Shown piece by piece: positions 41,763-55,401 of a stretch of 64,000 bases of DNA. Numbering within the stretch: position 1 is the first letter of the stretch; each line of letters begins with the position of its first letter. The notes under the pieces were generated by a model that was given only the letters and a program-made list of their open reading frames with translations, searched no databases and had not been told where the DNA came from. The DNA is taken from contig OX597827.1 of NCBI GenBank assembly GCA_951406725.2, positions 9,610,001-9,674,000 on the forward strand, read 5' to 3'. The stretch comes from Octopus vulgaris (lineage: Eukaryota). The position numbers and the translations under genes were made by a program.

Positions 41763-41797
41763 TCGCTCCCACTGCTGCTGCTGCTGCTGTTACTACC
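41409..41797. repeat. (AAC)/(ACT)/(GCT)/(AGT)n trinucleotide tract
   Basis: Seen directly. It is the source of the poly-T/A/S/V ORFs. Confidence 0.93.
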
Positions 41798-42239
41798 CAA
41801 GGACATCATTCAACTGAGAAACTTAACAGCAAGTATTATTGGTTCCGAGCTAAATGTCTAGTAGAAACGGTGTGTGCTGACTAGAGAAAGGCATTCTTAG
41901 TTATCATTCATAATATTCCATACCTTAACAAGTTACATGCAATCACCACAAGCCAGTGATAGGATCTCCATGTGGTCGTTCGACTTTTCAGAAATAGCAG
42001 AAATAGAAATCACGCTCAAATCTTACTTAGACATCTTTAAAAAAACGTTGGCAAGAACACGTTTGATATGGTAGTTTAAAATGATCTATGTCTATAAAAA
42101 CAGTATGATCATGATTGAGATGCCTTTGATCTTAGATCTGCTTGATTAAGACTGCCTTGAGGCTAAACAGAGGTGTTAATAACAATTACTAATGGCTCTT
42201 TCCCAGGGTCACCCGATGTTTTAGAAATAATCTTTAATA

Positions 42240-42491
42240 TTCTACTTGTTTCAGTCATTAGACTGCGGTCACGCTGGAGTACTACCTTCAATTCTTGGTC
42301 AAATGAATGAGCCACCCAGTACGTATTTTTTAAGCTGGATATTTGTTCTATTGGTCTCTTTTGCCAAACCAGTAAGTCACGGGGATGCAAACACACCAAC
42401 AGCAGTTGTCAAGTGGTGGTGGTGGTGGTGGGAAGGGCAAACACATATATATCTATGTGTGTATGTCTTTGTGCTTAAATTTGTCCCACTA

Positions 42492-42577
<86 letters not shown>

Positions 42578-42792
42578 CATATATATATATATATACATAT
42601 ATATATTATATATATATATATACATAACAGGCTTCTTTCAGTTTCTGTCTACCGAATCCACTCACAAGGCTTTGGTCGTCCTGAGGTGAAAGTTGAAGAC
42701 ACTTGCCTAAGCAAGGTGCTATGCAGTGAGAGTGAACCTGGAACCTTGTGGTTGGAAAGCAAGCTTCTTGCCACACACCCATGCTTGCACCT
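42240..42792 (-). mobile_element. Older SINE family C with an expanded internal (TA)n
   Basis: The family C body and head flank ~130 bp of (TA)n. Confidence 0.8.
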
Positions 42793-45357
42793 ACAATAAG
42801 CAAAATTCCCTCAGATCTTTAGTCTTAGGTCTGTCATAAGGCAGCAAATTAATCAGAACTAAGATTTTCCCAGTTTCTATGACATAGAAGCAATTGAAAG
42901 TTCAAGACTTCTCTCTGAATTGGATGTTAGTCCATCACAGGGTTAAAACCTCTGAGCTGTTGCCAATACTCATTTGATTGAGAATGTAAAACTGACTCTT
43001 GAACAGGACACCAAACTGTTGCTGGCTTAACTCTGCATTACTCCCATGTTGTCGGTGATACTCATTTCACTGAGAATACAAGACTATCCTTGAATAGAAC
43101 ACCAGTCCTTTGTAAGGTTAACCCTTTGACCTTCCCCACCAAAGACTGTTGCTGGTATTCGTTTTCAGCTGAGTGAACTTGTTGAACACGAAATTGAGTG
43201 TTTTACCCAAGAAAATAATTTGGTGCTCAGTCTGGGAATTGAAATCTTAACCTTTATGATCAGGAGTTCATCCTAACCTAGAGGCCACACAACTTCACAA
43301 ATCTGCTTTCCTCAGATCTTAAGAATAAGAATGTCATATTAAATAAAATAAAGTTGCCTTACATACACCAGACCTGACAAGAAAGCAGGTCCTGCCATAG
43401 CTAGAAAGGGTTTTGTCATAGGACTATTCAAACAGTGTTGACCTAGGGCTAAATACCCGTAGCAACAAAATCTGTTAAATGACTAGTAGTTGGACACTCC
43501 ATGGGTGTGACACCTGATTGTTTAATCCTGATGACCAATATGAAAAGTAGAAATGAAGAGTATCTTCTATTTGTGAAGGAAATCTTCAGGAAACAATCTT
43601 TAGAGAAATGACAATTTTATAAATATATGAAGGATGTAAATGGAAGATGAAGGTGAAGTTAAAGGGTGGATGGGAGCTGAATATGTTTTAGGTATGGGTC
43701 ACACTTAATGAAATAAATAATGAGAATGAAAAAAAAAAAATTATTTGAGACAAAAAAAATAAATAAAATTACTGATATTTAATAATAAAAAATATATAAA
43801 AAACATTTTTTTTTTCGTTTAATTCAGATTAAAAATTGGAAAGAAGTGAGTCAGAAATTACTTTGTCAGTCTATATCACGACATACTGAAATGGAGAGTG
43901 AAATAAATAGTAGATAGCAGTAGACAGCTTGATAGAGATAATTGATTAACAACAGAACAGAATGGAATTAGTTTTACAGTAGCAGACGGTAGCCAAGGTT
44001 ATCAATAGATATAACATCAGAGATATAGTTTTAGAGCTGTAGATATACTTGTGTGTGTGACAAAAGAAATCAGTTAATTTTTGGTGGAATGAGTTCACAA
44101 ATTACTTTGATTTACGTTCAAGCCATTTCGGTTATGTTGCTGAAAATATTTTAGCGAGAGAATAAATGTCACGGCTTCTCAACAAGAACAACAAGAACAA
44201 GAACAACAACAACAACAAGATTCAGAGTAATAATGGCTTTGTGCCAAAATATATTTTGGTACCAGGCCAGCAATTCTAGGGGATGGAGGAAATCAGTTAT
44301 ATCAGCCCCAATACTTGACTGTTACTTATTTTAGCAATTCTGAGAGAATTAGTCAGCTACATCAACACTAGTTCTTTACTGGTACTTGTTTTATCAACCA
44401 AAGAGGGATGAAGAGCCAAGGAGCTGGCCACAGCTGGATTTGAACTCAGAACATAAAGAGCTGGAACAAATGTCATGTGGTTTTTTGTCCAATGTTCTAA
44501 TGTTTCTGCCAAATACAGGCCCAAATCTAGGAATTTGTGAGAAGGATATTAGTTAAGTGGTTCCCCAATGCATTTCTGTTACTTTAATTCACTGAATCCA
44601 GAAGGACAAAATACAAATGTGATCTTGGTGATATTTGAACTCATAAAATATAAAAACATGACTTGAAAATGTTAAAGCATTTTGTTACATGTTTCTAATG
44701 ATTCTACAACAATGCTCTGTAAATTACGTTAATTTATACATTTATAAATTAATTACATTAAGTGACCATTCTTTGGAATATGACAACATACACAAAGACA
44801 GTGAGAAATCAAACCTAATATGCCAGATACTGTCATCAAAGGCTACAAGAAAAGAAGGATCTCTTATTTGAAGCATCTGTCTCAAAAGACAAAAAAATAT
44901 ATTGCTAAAAGAAATGCAGAAATTATTCAAATATAAAAATCAGGAAATAGAAATAACTAAAATTTGAGGAACTAAAACCCAAAACAATCCCTATAATAAT
45001 AGGGATTGTTTTTGTATCTCAAGATACCTATTAATAGAGGTACCTTGGGAATGGCTATAAAAGATGTGGACAGATTTAATCAGTACCCTGTAATTTACAG
45101 AAAGATGCCGAATATAACACCCTTAGGCATTGAACACATATTTTATAATGATTTACCAATACAATTTACAGTACAACACCAAAACAAAACACTGTACATA
45201 CTCAAGACACAAAGGAGTCTGCATCATAGCAGAGTGAAAGGAAGCACTAAAATAAACTCCTTAACAAGGGTTTCAAATTTTAACACAAGGCCAGCAATGT
45301 TTATAAGGGTAAGTGTGTTAGTTGATTAGAGTGCTCAAACGGTATTTATTTTATTGA

Positions 45358-45539
45358 CCCTTATTCACGCCATGTAAAATTAATCTTGCATCATTTCATG
45401 GCTTTGAGATTTCAATGATGTGATTGTTTATTTTTAAAATGACACAATAAGGTAGCTATGAATGACCATATCTGACTAGTTTGGACATAAAATAGGTAGA
45501 ATATTTTGGCCGGATATGGCCGGTTTAAACACTAAAGGG
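45358..45539. mobile_element. Truncated piggyBac-type MITE family 2 inside an old family-A-like SINE
   Basis: Ends ...ccggtttaaacactaaaggg-TTAA. Host SINE sequence lies on both sides. Confidence 0.75.
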
Positions 45540-45903
45540 TTAAAGAATGAAAGGTAAAGATGACCTTGGCAGAATTTGAATGCAGAACATAATGAATCAG
45601 GAGAAAAGCTGTTGAGCATTTTGTGTTGTGTACAAATGATTGTGTCAGTTTGTTACCTTAAACTACTGAATAATAATAACTATAGGGAATTCTTCGACTG
45701 GTTACAAAGTTCCAAGACTTTGGGGACAGCACAAAGGTGACATAGAAATGGAATCAACAAACAAGAAACAACGAGGTTAAGGTTAAAAAAGGTGAGATGA
45801 CTAAAAGAATAAAAACACATTAATAAACAATAATGGATTGAAATAAAAATATAGGGCAACAAAATAATTATGAGAAAGGAACCCCAGAATAGTTAAAACA
45901 ACC

Positions 45904-47983
45904 AATGAGCAATGAAGGTTACATTCTCTAACTACTATGCTTTCTGAGCATAGTGGCCAGAATAAGAATATAGGGGAAAAAAGTTCAGTGAGATCTTATT
46001 GCTGTTAGTGACAAAAGGATTCCCTCTCTAAATGAAGCACAGGTTGTACAGAGATGTGTTAGGCTACCCCAAACAGAAGTTGCACCAAAAGAAAATGCCA
46101 GTTTACAATCAGATAATTTAAGCTTGTATAATCATATCAATTTTACTACTCTACATCTAGTCTATGCTATAAAGTAGTTGATAACAAGAATAAGGAAGAC
46201 ACATAGGTCAAAATTATGTTGAAACATTCGCAGCAAAGATTAACTGATTTCATTCAGATATTGCTTTGTGCCATATGATAAAAGACTGTAACAAGAGTAC
46301 AAACACTGTGAGACACATCAAATCCATGCCAGCATGAAAAAAAGGTTCCAGACCCTATGATGGTAAGAACGATTGGGTCCATGCAGTTGATACATCTAAC
46401 GTTACAGTCTTCCATTCTGAAACTAGTATTATATGAATATTCCTTGATTTTACTCATTTCTGTGAGTAAAATTAAACTCAATTTGATTTTTAGTTGTTGA
46501 TTTTTACCAAGAAAGCATCTAAAATATGAGTAGGTAACAATAATAAAAAAATGTTATTCTTTAATTTTATATTTATTTATATTCTTTCTTTATTTTTTGT
46601 TTTTTTATAACAGTAACAAATGTGTCTGCTATGTTACTTTCCATGAAATATTTAGAAGATTAACTGTTGCCATCAGTACAGGAAAATACAGATGATGAAA
46701 GTAGAAGAGTTTAGACTAAAATGTAGATTATAAAAGATGATAGCTTAGATTAAATGCAGTTTTGGTTTGTGCTTGGATGGGATAAATCTAATGTCTTCTT
46801 TCTAGTGAGATAAACCACAGAAGTTCTAAGCAAAAACAAGCCACTATGCCAAACATTCATTGATCTGGAGAAGGTTTTTGATTGGATATCAAACTCTGTA
46901 ATCTGGTGATCTTTAAGAAAACCTGGTTAGAGATGATTGGTTTGGGAGAGCCATGTGTCATGTATAGAGAGGCTGTTTGCAAGATGAGAGTTTTAACAAA
47001 GTGTTTAGTGAAGAATTTAACAGTGGCGTGGTTCCCAGCCCACTTCTGTTTATTAAGTTCTTCAAGGAGTAACAGTTGAATTTTTAAAAAACCTGCTGAC
47101 TATGGAAACTTTTCTGTGTACTGTCTATTAACTGATAACCTAAATCTCATAGCTGAACCTGTTGATGAAGCAGAGAATAAATTCCAGGTGTAAAATTAAA
47201 AGCTTATAGCCAAGAGTTCTGTTAGTAAACCTATGAAAAACATGAGATTTTGTTAGCAGTAAAGAAAGATAGGATGTTATTGCCATCTGGAAAGTAGTCA
47301 TGTGTAACAGGTAACAGGTAAGAATTCTACATTGTATCTTCTAATTGTTGTTTGTTGTTTGTTCCTTCTCGAGCCATGCCTAGCTCATAAGGGTCGGTTT
47401 CCTGGTTTCTTGGCGTATAGGTTCCCCACCTGGACGGGACGCCAGTCTGTCACAGGTGAGCTGCAAGATGCAGGAGGAAAGAGTGAGAGAAAGTTGTGGT
47501 GATAGAGTCAGCAGAAGTTTCACCATTACCTTCTACCAGAGCCGCGTGGAGCTTAGGTGTTTCGCTCATAAACAGACACATCGTCCGGTCTGAGATTCAA
47601 ACCCGTGATCCCTTGACCGCGAGTCAATTGCTCTAACCACTAGGCCATGTGCCTCCACAACATTGTATCTTCTATGTATACTATGGATACACAAGGAGTG
47701 CAGTGGAATCATACGCAAGATGATAGAGAAGAAAAAGTATTTATGTAGATGTGCAAGAGTAGTTTATAGTAAATGCACTAATGAAATAAATTATTCGAAA
47801 TACTACAGGGTTTAATTTCCATTAAGTCAGTGAGCTAATGAGCAATGAAGGTTACATTCTCTGACTACTATGCTTTCTAAACATAGTGGCCAGAATAAGA
47901 ATATAGGGGATAACAGTTCAGGGAGCTCTTATTGCTGTTAGTGACAAAGGGATTCCCTCTCTAAATGAAGCACAGGTTGTACA
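45904..47983 (+). repeat. Pair of ~147 bp direct repeats (45904-46050 and 47837-47983)
   Basis: aatgagcaatgaaggttacattctct...aaatgaagcacaggttgtaca occurs twice, at >90% identity. Confidence 0.9.
47344..47659 (-). mobile_element. SINE with a family B head, a B2-like tail and an (AAAC/AAC)n end
   Basis: TSD acattgtatcttcta at 47329-47343 and 47660-47674. Confidence 0.85.
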
Positions 47984-48344
47984 ATGCATGAGAATAAAGG
48001 GGATGGTAATGTAACATAAGTACTAAATGCCAAAACTGTGAAAGCTAGAAAGAAATAAAGGGAGCATGTTCCAGAGAACGCTTAAACTTAGTGCACGTAA
48101 ATGACGGAATACAAATGAGCTAAGAGAGGAACTAGGTATCAGAAAATTTAGTTGCAATGTGCAAGAGAGAAAATTGAGTTTTGTATGGACTATGCAATTT
48201 ATATGGAGGGTGTTTGTTTGGAAAGGAAGAAGCAAGCGACCTGGATGGAAGGGATTTTTGGAAGGAAAAGACCAAAGAAGGAATGAAAAATAGTGGTTAA
48301 AGCTGACATTAGGATGCTGAACCTCGTGAAGATAATAAGGGATT

Positions 48345-48729
48345 GGAAGCACTCCGTCGGTTACGACGATGAGGGTTCCAGTTGATCCGAATCAATGGAA
48401 CAGCCTGCTCGTGAAATTAATGTGTAAGTGGCTGAGCACTCCACAGACACGTGCACCCTTAACGTAGTTCTCGGGGATATTCAGCGTGACACAGAGAGTG
48501 ACAAGGCCAGCCCTTTGAAATACAGGTACAACAGAAACAGGAAGTAAGAATGAGAGAAAGTTGTGGTGAAAGAGTACAGCAGGGATCACCACCATCCCCT
48601 GCCGGAGCCTCGTGGAGCTTTTAGGTGTTTTCGCTCAATAAACACTCACAACGCCCGGTCTGGGAATCGAAATCGCGATCCTATGACCGCGAGTTCGCTG
48701 CCCTAACTACTGGGCCATTACGCCTCCAC
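48345..48729 (-). mobile_element. SINE family B1, full length
   Basis: TSD aataagggatt at 48334-48344 and 48730-48740. Confidence 0.9.
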
Positions 48730-49084
48730 AATAAGGGATTACTACACATGCTGAAACATTCAGCTGGAGAAGATTCAGCCTGTTTGTGCTAATATGGAAT
48801 AATGGACACAAAATGAATGTTGTTGAGAATGATGATAATGATGATGATCATGATGATGATGACGACGATGATGATGATTATGACTCATTTAATGGTTTTA
48901 GTAGACAGTTAAATCTGATGCTTGTGTGGCCCTGTGGTAAGAAGTTTGCTTCTCAACCACATGCTTCTGGGGTTGGTCCCACTGTATGACACCTTGGGAA
49001 AAGTGTCTATTACTATAACCTTAGGTCAACCAAAGCCTCATGAGTGGATTTGGTAGGCAAAAGCCAAAAGAAACACTTTTGATC

Positions 49085-49358
49085 TGGCAAGGTTTCTACA
49101 GCTGGATGCACTTCGTAATGCTGGATACCACTCTGAGAGTGCTGTAGGTGCTTTTTATGTGCCACCGACATGGGAGCCAGTCAGGTGGCACTGGCGTTGA
49201 CCGTGTTCGGATGGTGCTTTTTACATGCCATTGGCACAGGAGCCAGTTGGGGGTGGGGGACTTGCATCAACCACATTCGAATCGTGCTTTTTACATGCCA
49301 CCAGCACGGGGAGCCAGTCAGGTAGCACTGGCATCAGCCACAACTACAATTACCATTT
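49085..49358 (-). mobile_element. Family D internal fragment containing 3 x ~68 bp tandem units
   Basis: gtgcttttta..tgcca...gcac.ggagccagt is repeated at ~49148, 49214 and 49284. Confidence 0.65.
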
Positions 49359-49394
<36 letters not shown>

Positions 49395-49400
<6 letters not shown>

Positions 49401-49703
49401 GGATCACGTGACCGACCAGGCTATCAGATGTTGCTACACATCGCTGGTTACAATGCGCTTTGCATTGTTTTAGCCTTCAAATGATGCCACCCTGCTGGCT
49501 AAGTGAGCAGGCCAACAGAAGAAAGAGGGAGAGGAAGTTGTGACGGAAGAGTACAACAGAGGTCGCCACCACGCCCTGCCGGAGCCTCATGGAGCATTTA
49601 GGTGTTTTCACTCAATAAACACACACAACACCCGGTCTGGGAATCGAAACCGTGATCCTTCGACCGTGAGTCTGCTGCCCTAACTACTGGGCCATTGCGC
49701 CTC

Positions 49704-49705
<2 letters not shown>
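49395..49705 (-). mobile_element. SINE family B, tail type B3, in microsatellite
   Basis: Homologous to 11331-11623. Confidence 0.85.
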
Positions 49706-49746
<41 letters not shown>

Positions 49747-50090
49747 TTGAATTACTAAATCATACTTTTTGATACAACTTTGGCTTTACAGTTGTAAACT
49801 TAAGCATCATGACAAACATAGATACAGATACACACATTCACACATACATGCACATGCTTTTATGATGAGCTTCTACACAGTTTCCTTCTAACAAATTTTA
49901 CTCTCAAGTTATTGATCATACCCAAGACAACAATAGAATACACTTGCTTAAGGTGCAGAGAAGCAGGCTTGAACCTGAAATCAAGTGGTAGGAAAGCAAG
50001 TTCTTCACCACATTACAATCCCTGAATAAATTCTTATTGGAGGCAAACCATTATGATGTTTGAGAAAGATGAGTGAGTCAAGAAGAGACT

Positions 50091-50188
<98 letters not shown>

Positions 50189-50379
50189 ATAAAACAAGTT
50201 TGAAATGAGAAGTGAGGAAAATTATGCAGTCAGTCTGATTGAGACAGAGTGATAAGAAAGGAAAGACAGTAGTAGAGGTTATGTATGTAATTGTGTTTGT
50301 GTGGATATGTGTGTGCATAAGGACATATACATACACTTATATATATATATATATAAAGATATATGTATATATATATATA

Positions 50380-50436
<57 letters not shown>

Positions 50437-51715
50437 ATATATATACATACATTTATATATACATACATACATGCATACACATTTATGTATGTATATATAC
50501 ATGCGTACGTACATCTGTATAACCAGAGAGAATGAGAGAGAGAAAGAAAGAGAGAGAGAGAGAGAGATGGGGAATTGTGCAATAAAGATGCAAAAATATC
50601 AGGGTGAAAAAAACCCAGTTTATTCCAAAATTGAACCTTATCTAAAAAGGAACATAATAATTGGATAGGCTGATTTCTTCCTGAAAATAATAATAATAAT
50701 AATTAAAAAAAAAGAACAAGAAAAGAAATCTAATTCTTCCAGAACAATTAGATGTTGCTTCATTATTTTTGTAGTGAAAAAGACACAAAAAATACATCAG
50801 CAATTCAATAAAAACACAGAAAAAGAAAAAAAAAATAGCTAGTATAAAAGAAAAAAAAATGATGGTAGATTTTTGAAGAGTAAAATCTAAACTGGAAAAC
50901 ATTTGTGATTTATTTCAATATTTACTCGAGGAGTGGATGATCTGACGTATCAAGTGGTCTAAAAGAGGAGATCAACTTTGTCAGAGTAATGTTGTAAATT
51001 GTGTCAACAATAGAGTTTTGTTGTAAACAAGTTCAGATTTCAGATGTCAGAGAAAAGTAGACAGTAGCAGTGAAAAAAAAGTCAATAATGAAGTTAAGAA
51101 GAGTAAATAGTAGTAGGTTATGTTGGGTCGCACAGCTAGTCACTCTACAAAGTATACATTCATGTGGAAAGAATCCTTTTGATAGAGAAGAAGAACGATG
51201 ACATTATGTATGAAGAGGTCAATATATAACAAAATCAGAAAATAATTGCAAATTGGTGATTCAGACTTATATATTCAAGAGAAAAAGAGAGAAAGAGACA
51301 GAGAGAGAGTGAGTGAGTGAGAGAGAGGGAGAAAGATAGTAAAGAAAAAAAAACTGAGGCAAAAAATGTCAATAGCTTGAACAGAACGGTTAGTTTGAGG
51401 AACATATCTGGCAGACAGACGAATAGAAAATAGAGCTTGACTAAGAACTAGATAATACATACAGATTGGAATTGGCGCAGCAGATACTGACAAACCTGAA
51501 GTAAAGAGCTGATCAATTGAGAGAGAGAGACAGAGAGACAGAGAGAGACAGAGAGAGGGGGGAAGGAAAGAGACAAAAAGAGAAAAAGAGATAGAGATAA
51601 AGAAATAGACTACTTTGAGTGAAATTTACCAAATGAAATAACTACACATGATGAACTCCTGGGGGAAACATAATATCATAAACGATTGTAGAAATGATAT
51701 AACAAAGTATCATCA

Positions 51716-52873
51716 GGCGAGCTGGCAGAAACGTTAGCACGCCGGGCGAAATGCTTAGCGGTATTTCGTCTGCGTTACATTGTGAGTTCAAATTCCGCCG
51801 AGGTCGACTTTGCCTTTCATCCTTTCGGGGTCGATAAAAATTAAGTACCAGTTACGAACTGGCGTCGATGTAATCGACTTAATACCTATGTCTGTCCTTG
51901 TTTGTTCCCTCTGTGTTTAGCCCCTTGTGGGTAATAAAGAAATAGGTATCTCGTCTGCCGGTACGTTGTGAGTTCAAATTCCGCTGAGGTCGACTTTGCC
52001 TTTCATCCTTTCGGGGTCGATAAAAATTAAGTACCAGTTACGAACTGGGGTCGATGTAATCGACTTAATACCTATGTCTGTCCTTGTTTGTTCCCTCTGT
52101 GTTTAGCCCCTTGTGGGTAATAAAGAAATAGGTATCTCATCTGCCGCTACGTTGTGAGTTCAAATTCCGCTGAGGTCGACTTTGCCTTTCATCCTTTCGG
52201 GGTCGATAAAAATTAAGTACCAGTTACGAACTGGCGTCGATGTAATCGACTTAATACCTATGTCTGTCCTTGTTTGTTCCCTCTGTGTTTAGCCCCTTGT
52301 GGGTAATAAAGAAATAGGTATTTCGTCTGCTGCTACGTTGTGAGTTCAAATTCCGCTGAGGTCGACTTTGCCTTTCATCCTTTCGGGGTCGATAAAAACT
52401 AAGTACCAGTTACGAACTGGGGTCGATGTAATCGACTTAATACCTATGTCTGTCCTTGTTTGTTCCCTCTGTGTTTAGCCCCTTGTGGGTAATAAAGAAA
52501 TAGGTATTTCGTCTGCTGCTATGTTCTGAGTTCAAATTTCGCCGAGGTCGACTTTGCCTTTCATCCTTTCGGGGTCGATAAAAATTAAGTACCAGTTACG
52601 AACTGGGGTCGATGTAATCGACTTAATACCTATGTCTGTCCTTGTTTGTTCCCTCTGTGTTTAGCCCCTTGTGGGTAATAAAGAAATAGGTATTTCGTCT
52701 GCTGCTACGTTCTGAGTTCAAATTCCGCCGAGGTCGACTTTGCCTTTCATCCTTTCGGGGTCGATAAATTAAGTACCAGTTACAAACTGGGGTCGATGTA
52801 ATCGACTTAATACCTATGTCTTGTCCTTGTTTGTTCCCTCTGTGTTTAGCCCCTTGTGGGTAATAAAGAAATA
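51716..52873 (+). repeat. SINE family A-derived tandem array: one head plus 6 x 186 bp units
   Basis: The B-box GAGTTCAAATT recurs at 51784, 51970, 52156, 52342, 52528 and 52714. Probable outer TSD gtatca(t/c)cag at 51707-51716 and 52875-52884. Confidence 0.95.
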
Positions 52874-53116
52874 GGTATCACCAGTCTCTGAGCCGACTCA
52901 ACTTTCATCTGTCTCAGCAGACTGAAAAGGAATCAGTCATAAATCAGCTTCTTCATTCTCTTATTGATTTATTGGCTTCAATCGTGTCATTAAACTATGA
53001 CCATATTTGGGCATTGCCTTCATTCATATGAATCTCAGTATTAATTTAAGATTTGAACTTAGTTTAGCAACCACTATATATATTGAATGGCTAGTTATCA
53101 TTTTTTTTTACATAAA

Positions 53117-53520
53117 GGTGCAGGAGTGGCTGTGTGGTAAGTAGCTTGTTTACCAACCACATGGTTCCGGGTTCAGTCCCACTGCGTGGCACCTTGGGCA
53201 AGTGTCTTCTACTATAGCCTCGGGCCGACCAAAGCCTTGTGAGTGGATTTGGTAGACGGAAACTGAAAGAAGCCTGTCGTATATATATATGTATATATAT
53301 GTATGTGTGTGTGTGTTTGTGTGTCTGTGTTTGTCCCCCTAGCATTGCTTGACAACTGACGCTGGTGTGTTTACGTCCCCGTCACTTAGCGGTTCGGCTA
53401 AAGAGACTGATAGAATAAGTACTGGGCTTACAAAGAATAAGTCCCGGGGTCGATTTGCTCGATTAAAGGCGGTGCTCCAGCATGGCCGCAGTCAAATGAC
53501 TGAAACAAGTAAAAAGAGAG
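53117..53520 (+). mobile_element. SINE family C, full length and young
   Basis: Near-identical to the copies at 15372 and 36994. Confidence 0.9.
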
Positions 53521-53627
53521 AAAGAGAAAGGGAAACAAATCAAGGAACTGGTTTACATCAGTATATGCATATAGGCATATGTATGTGCCTGTGCATGCAT
53601 GTGTGTGTGTGTGTGTGCAAGAGTGTA

Positions 53628-53948
53628 TAGGCACGTGGCTTAGTGGTTAGGGTATTTGGCTCGCGATTGTAAGGTCGTGAGTTCGATTCCCGGCGATGCG
53701 TTGTGTCCTTGAGCAAAACACTTTATTTCACATTACTCCAGTCCACTCAGCTGGCAAAGATGAGTTGTACCTGTATTTCAAAGGGGTCAGCCTTGTCACA
53801 CTTTGTGTCATGCTGAATCTCCCTGAGAACTACGTTAGGGGTACACGTGTCTGTGGATTGCTCAGCCATTTGCACATTAATCTCACGAGCAGGCTGTTCC
53901 GTTGATTGTATCAGCTGGGACCCTCATCGTCATAACCAACGGAGTGCT

Positions 53949-53950
<2 letters not shown>
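53628..53950 (+). mobile_element. Chimeric SINE: type-2 head plus B1 tail
   Basis: The head resembles 23122 (ttgagcaaaacact...ccagtccactcagctgg) and is joined at 'gttgtacctgtatttcaaag' to the B1 tail. Confidence 0.8.
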
Positions 53951-53986
<36 letters not shown>

Positions 53987-54434
53987 CTATTGTTACTTTG
54001 GAGTAATCCTAATTTTTAATATTGCCAATATATATATATATATGTGTGTGTATGTGTGTATGTATGTATTATTGCAACTCTTAGCATTGAAACCAGTGCA
54101 TGTAACTTTAAAAATGAAAGCCACATAATTGAAGAAGTTATAGACCAGTCATTTATAACAGATATGTACGAATTATTATAAACTCTTCCAACAATGAAAA
54201 TGCTTAACTACAGGTAAATTGACTCAAAATAAGTGAAAACAATGCAATAATTACACACAAGACCAGAGATAAACAGCATGTGTGCAAACCAAAGGTAAGT
54301 AATATTAATGCAATGGAGGCTAAACATGTTACTGCAAAACACGTTCATGTAAAAACTGAGCTAACATCAGTAATATTTGTAATAACTTTGAGATATTTAT
54401 GTCAGAGAACTAAACAAGATTAATCAATGCATAT

Positions 54435-54890
54435 ATTCTTTTATTCTTTTACTTGTTTCAGTCATTTGACTGTGGCCATGCTGGAGCTCCACCTTTAGTT
54501 GAGCAAATCAACCCCAGGACTGGGCCTTTAAAGCTAAGCCTTGCACTTATTCTGTCAGTCTGTTTTACCAAACTGCTAAGTCACAGGGACTTAAACACAC
54601 CAGCATCGGTTGTCAAGAGATGGTGGCGGGAAAAACACAGACACACAAATATATACACACACCTACATACATACATATATATATATAATATATATACATA
54701 CGTACACACATACATATATATATATACACGACAGGTTTCTTTCAGTTTCCATCTGCCAAATCCACTCACAAGGGTTTGGCCGGCCCAAGGCTATAGAAGA
54801 AGACACTTGCCTAAGGTGCCATGCAGTGGGACTGGACCTGGAACCATGTGGTTGGTAAGCAAGCTACTTACCACACAGCCACTCTTGTGC
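54435..54890 (-). mobile_element. SINE family C
   Basis: Family C motifs on the minus strand. Confidence 0.85.
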
Positions 54891-55044
54891 CTAGGACATC
54901 ATCATTTGAAGAATGCCTCAACCCAGTACTTTAAATAAAATACAATTTTACTACTTTAAAATGAATTATCAAAATTATATCAGCTATCAATAATGAAGTC
55001 ATTTTATCTATTTATTCGTTTATTTATTAAAATATATTTTTTCA

Positions 55045-55146
55045 TGCATAGGAGTGGCTGTGTGGTAAGTGTCTTCTGCTATAGCCCCGGGCCGACCAAT
55101 GCCTTGTGAGTGGATTTAGTAGATGGAAACTGAAAGAAGCCTGTCG

Positions 55147-55184
<38 letters not shown>

Positions 55185-55401
55185 GGTGTTTGTGTGTCTG
55201 TGTTTGTCCCCCTAGCATTGCTTGACAACCGATGCTGGTGTGTTTACGTCCCCGTCACTTAGCGGTTCGGCAAAAGAGACCGATAGAATAAGTCCTGGGC
55301 TTACAAAAGAATAAGTCCTGGGGTCGATTTGCTCGAATAAAGGCGGTGCTCCAGCATGGCCACAGTCAAATGACTGAAACAAGTGAAAGAGTAAAAGAGT
55401 A
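55045..55401 (+). mobile_element. SINE family C with an internal deletion of the B-box region
   Basis: 'gtggtaagt' is joined directly to 'gtcttctgct', consistent with AAGT microhomology. Confidence 0.85.

Noticed and set aside
41305-41884. Mucin-like poly-Thr/Ala ORF
   Set aside because: (ACT/GCT)n microsatellite with no unique coding context.
51716-52873. CRISPR-like or tRNA gene array
   Set aside because: There are no unique spacers. The units are SINE bodies and do not form a tRNA cloverleaf.
54214-54300. Strong donor AAG/GTAAGT with an upstream CAG
   Set aside because: Stops occur in all three frames of the implied exon.
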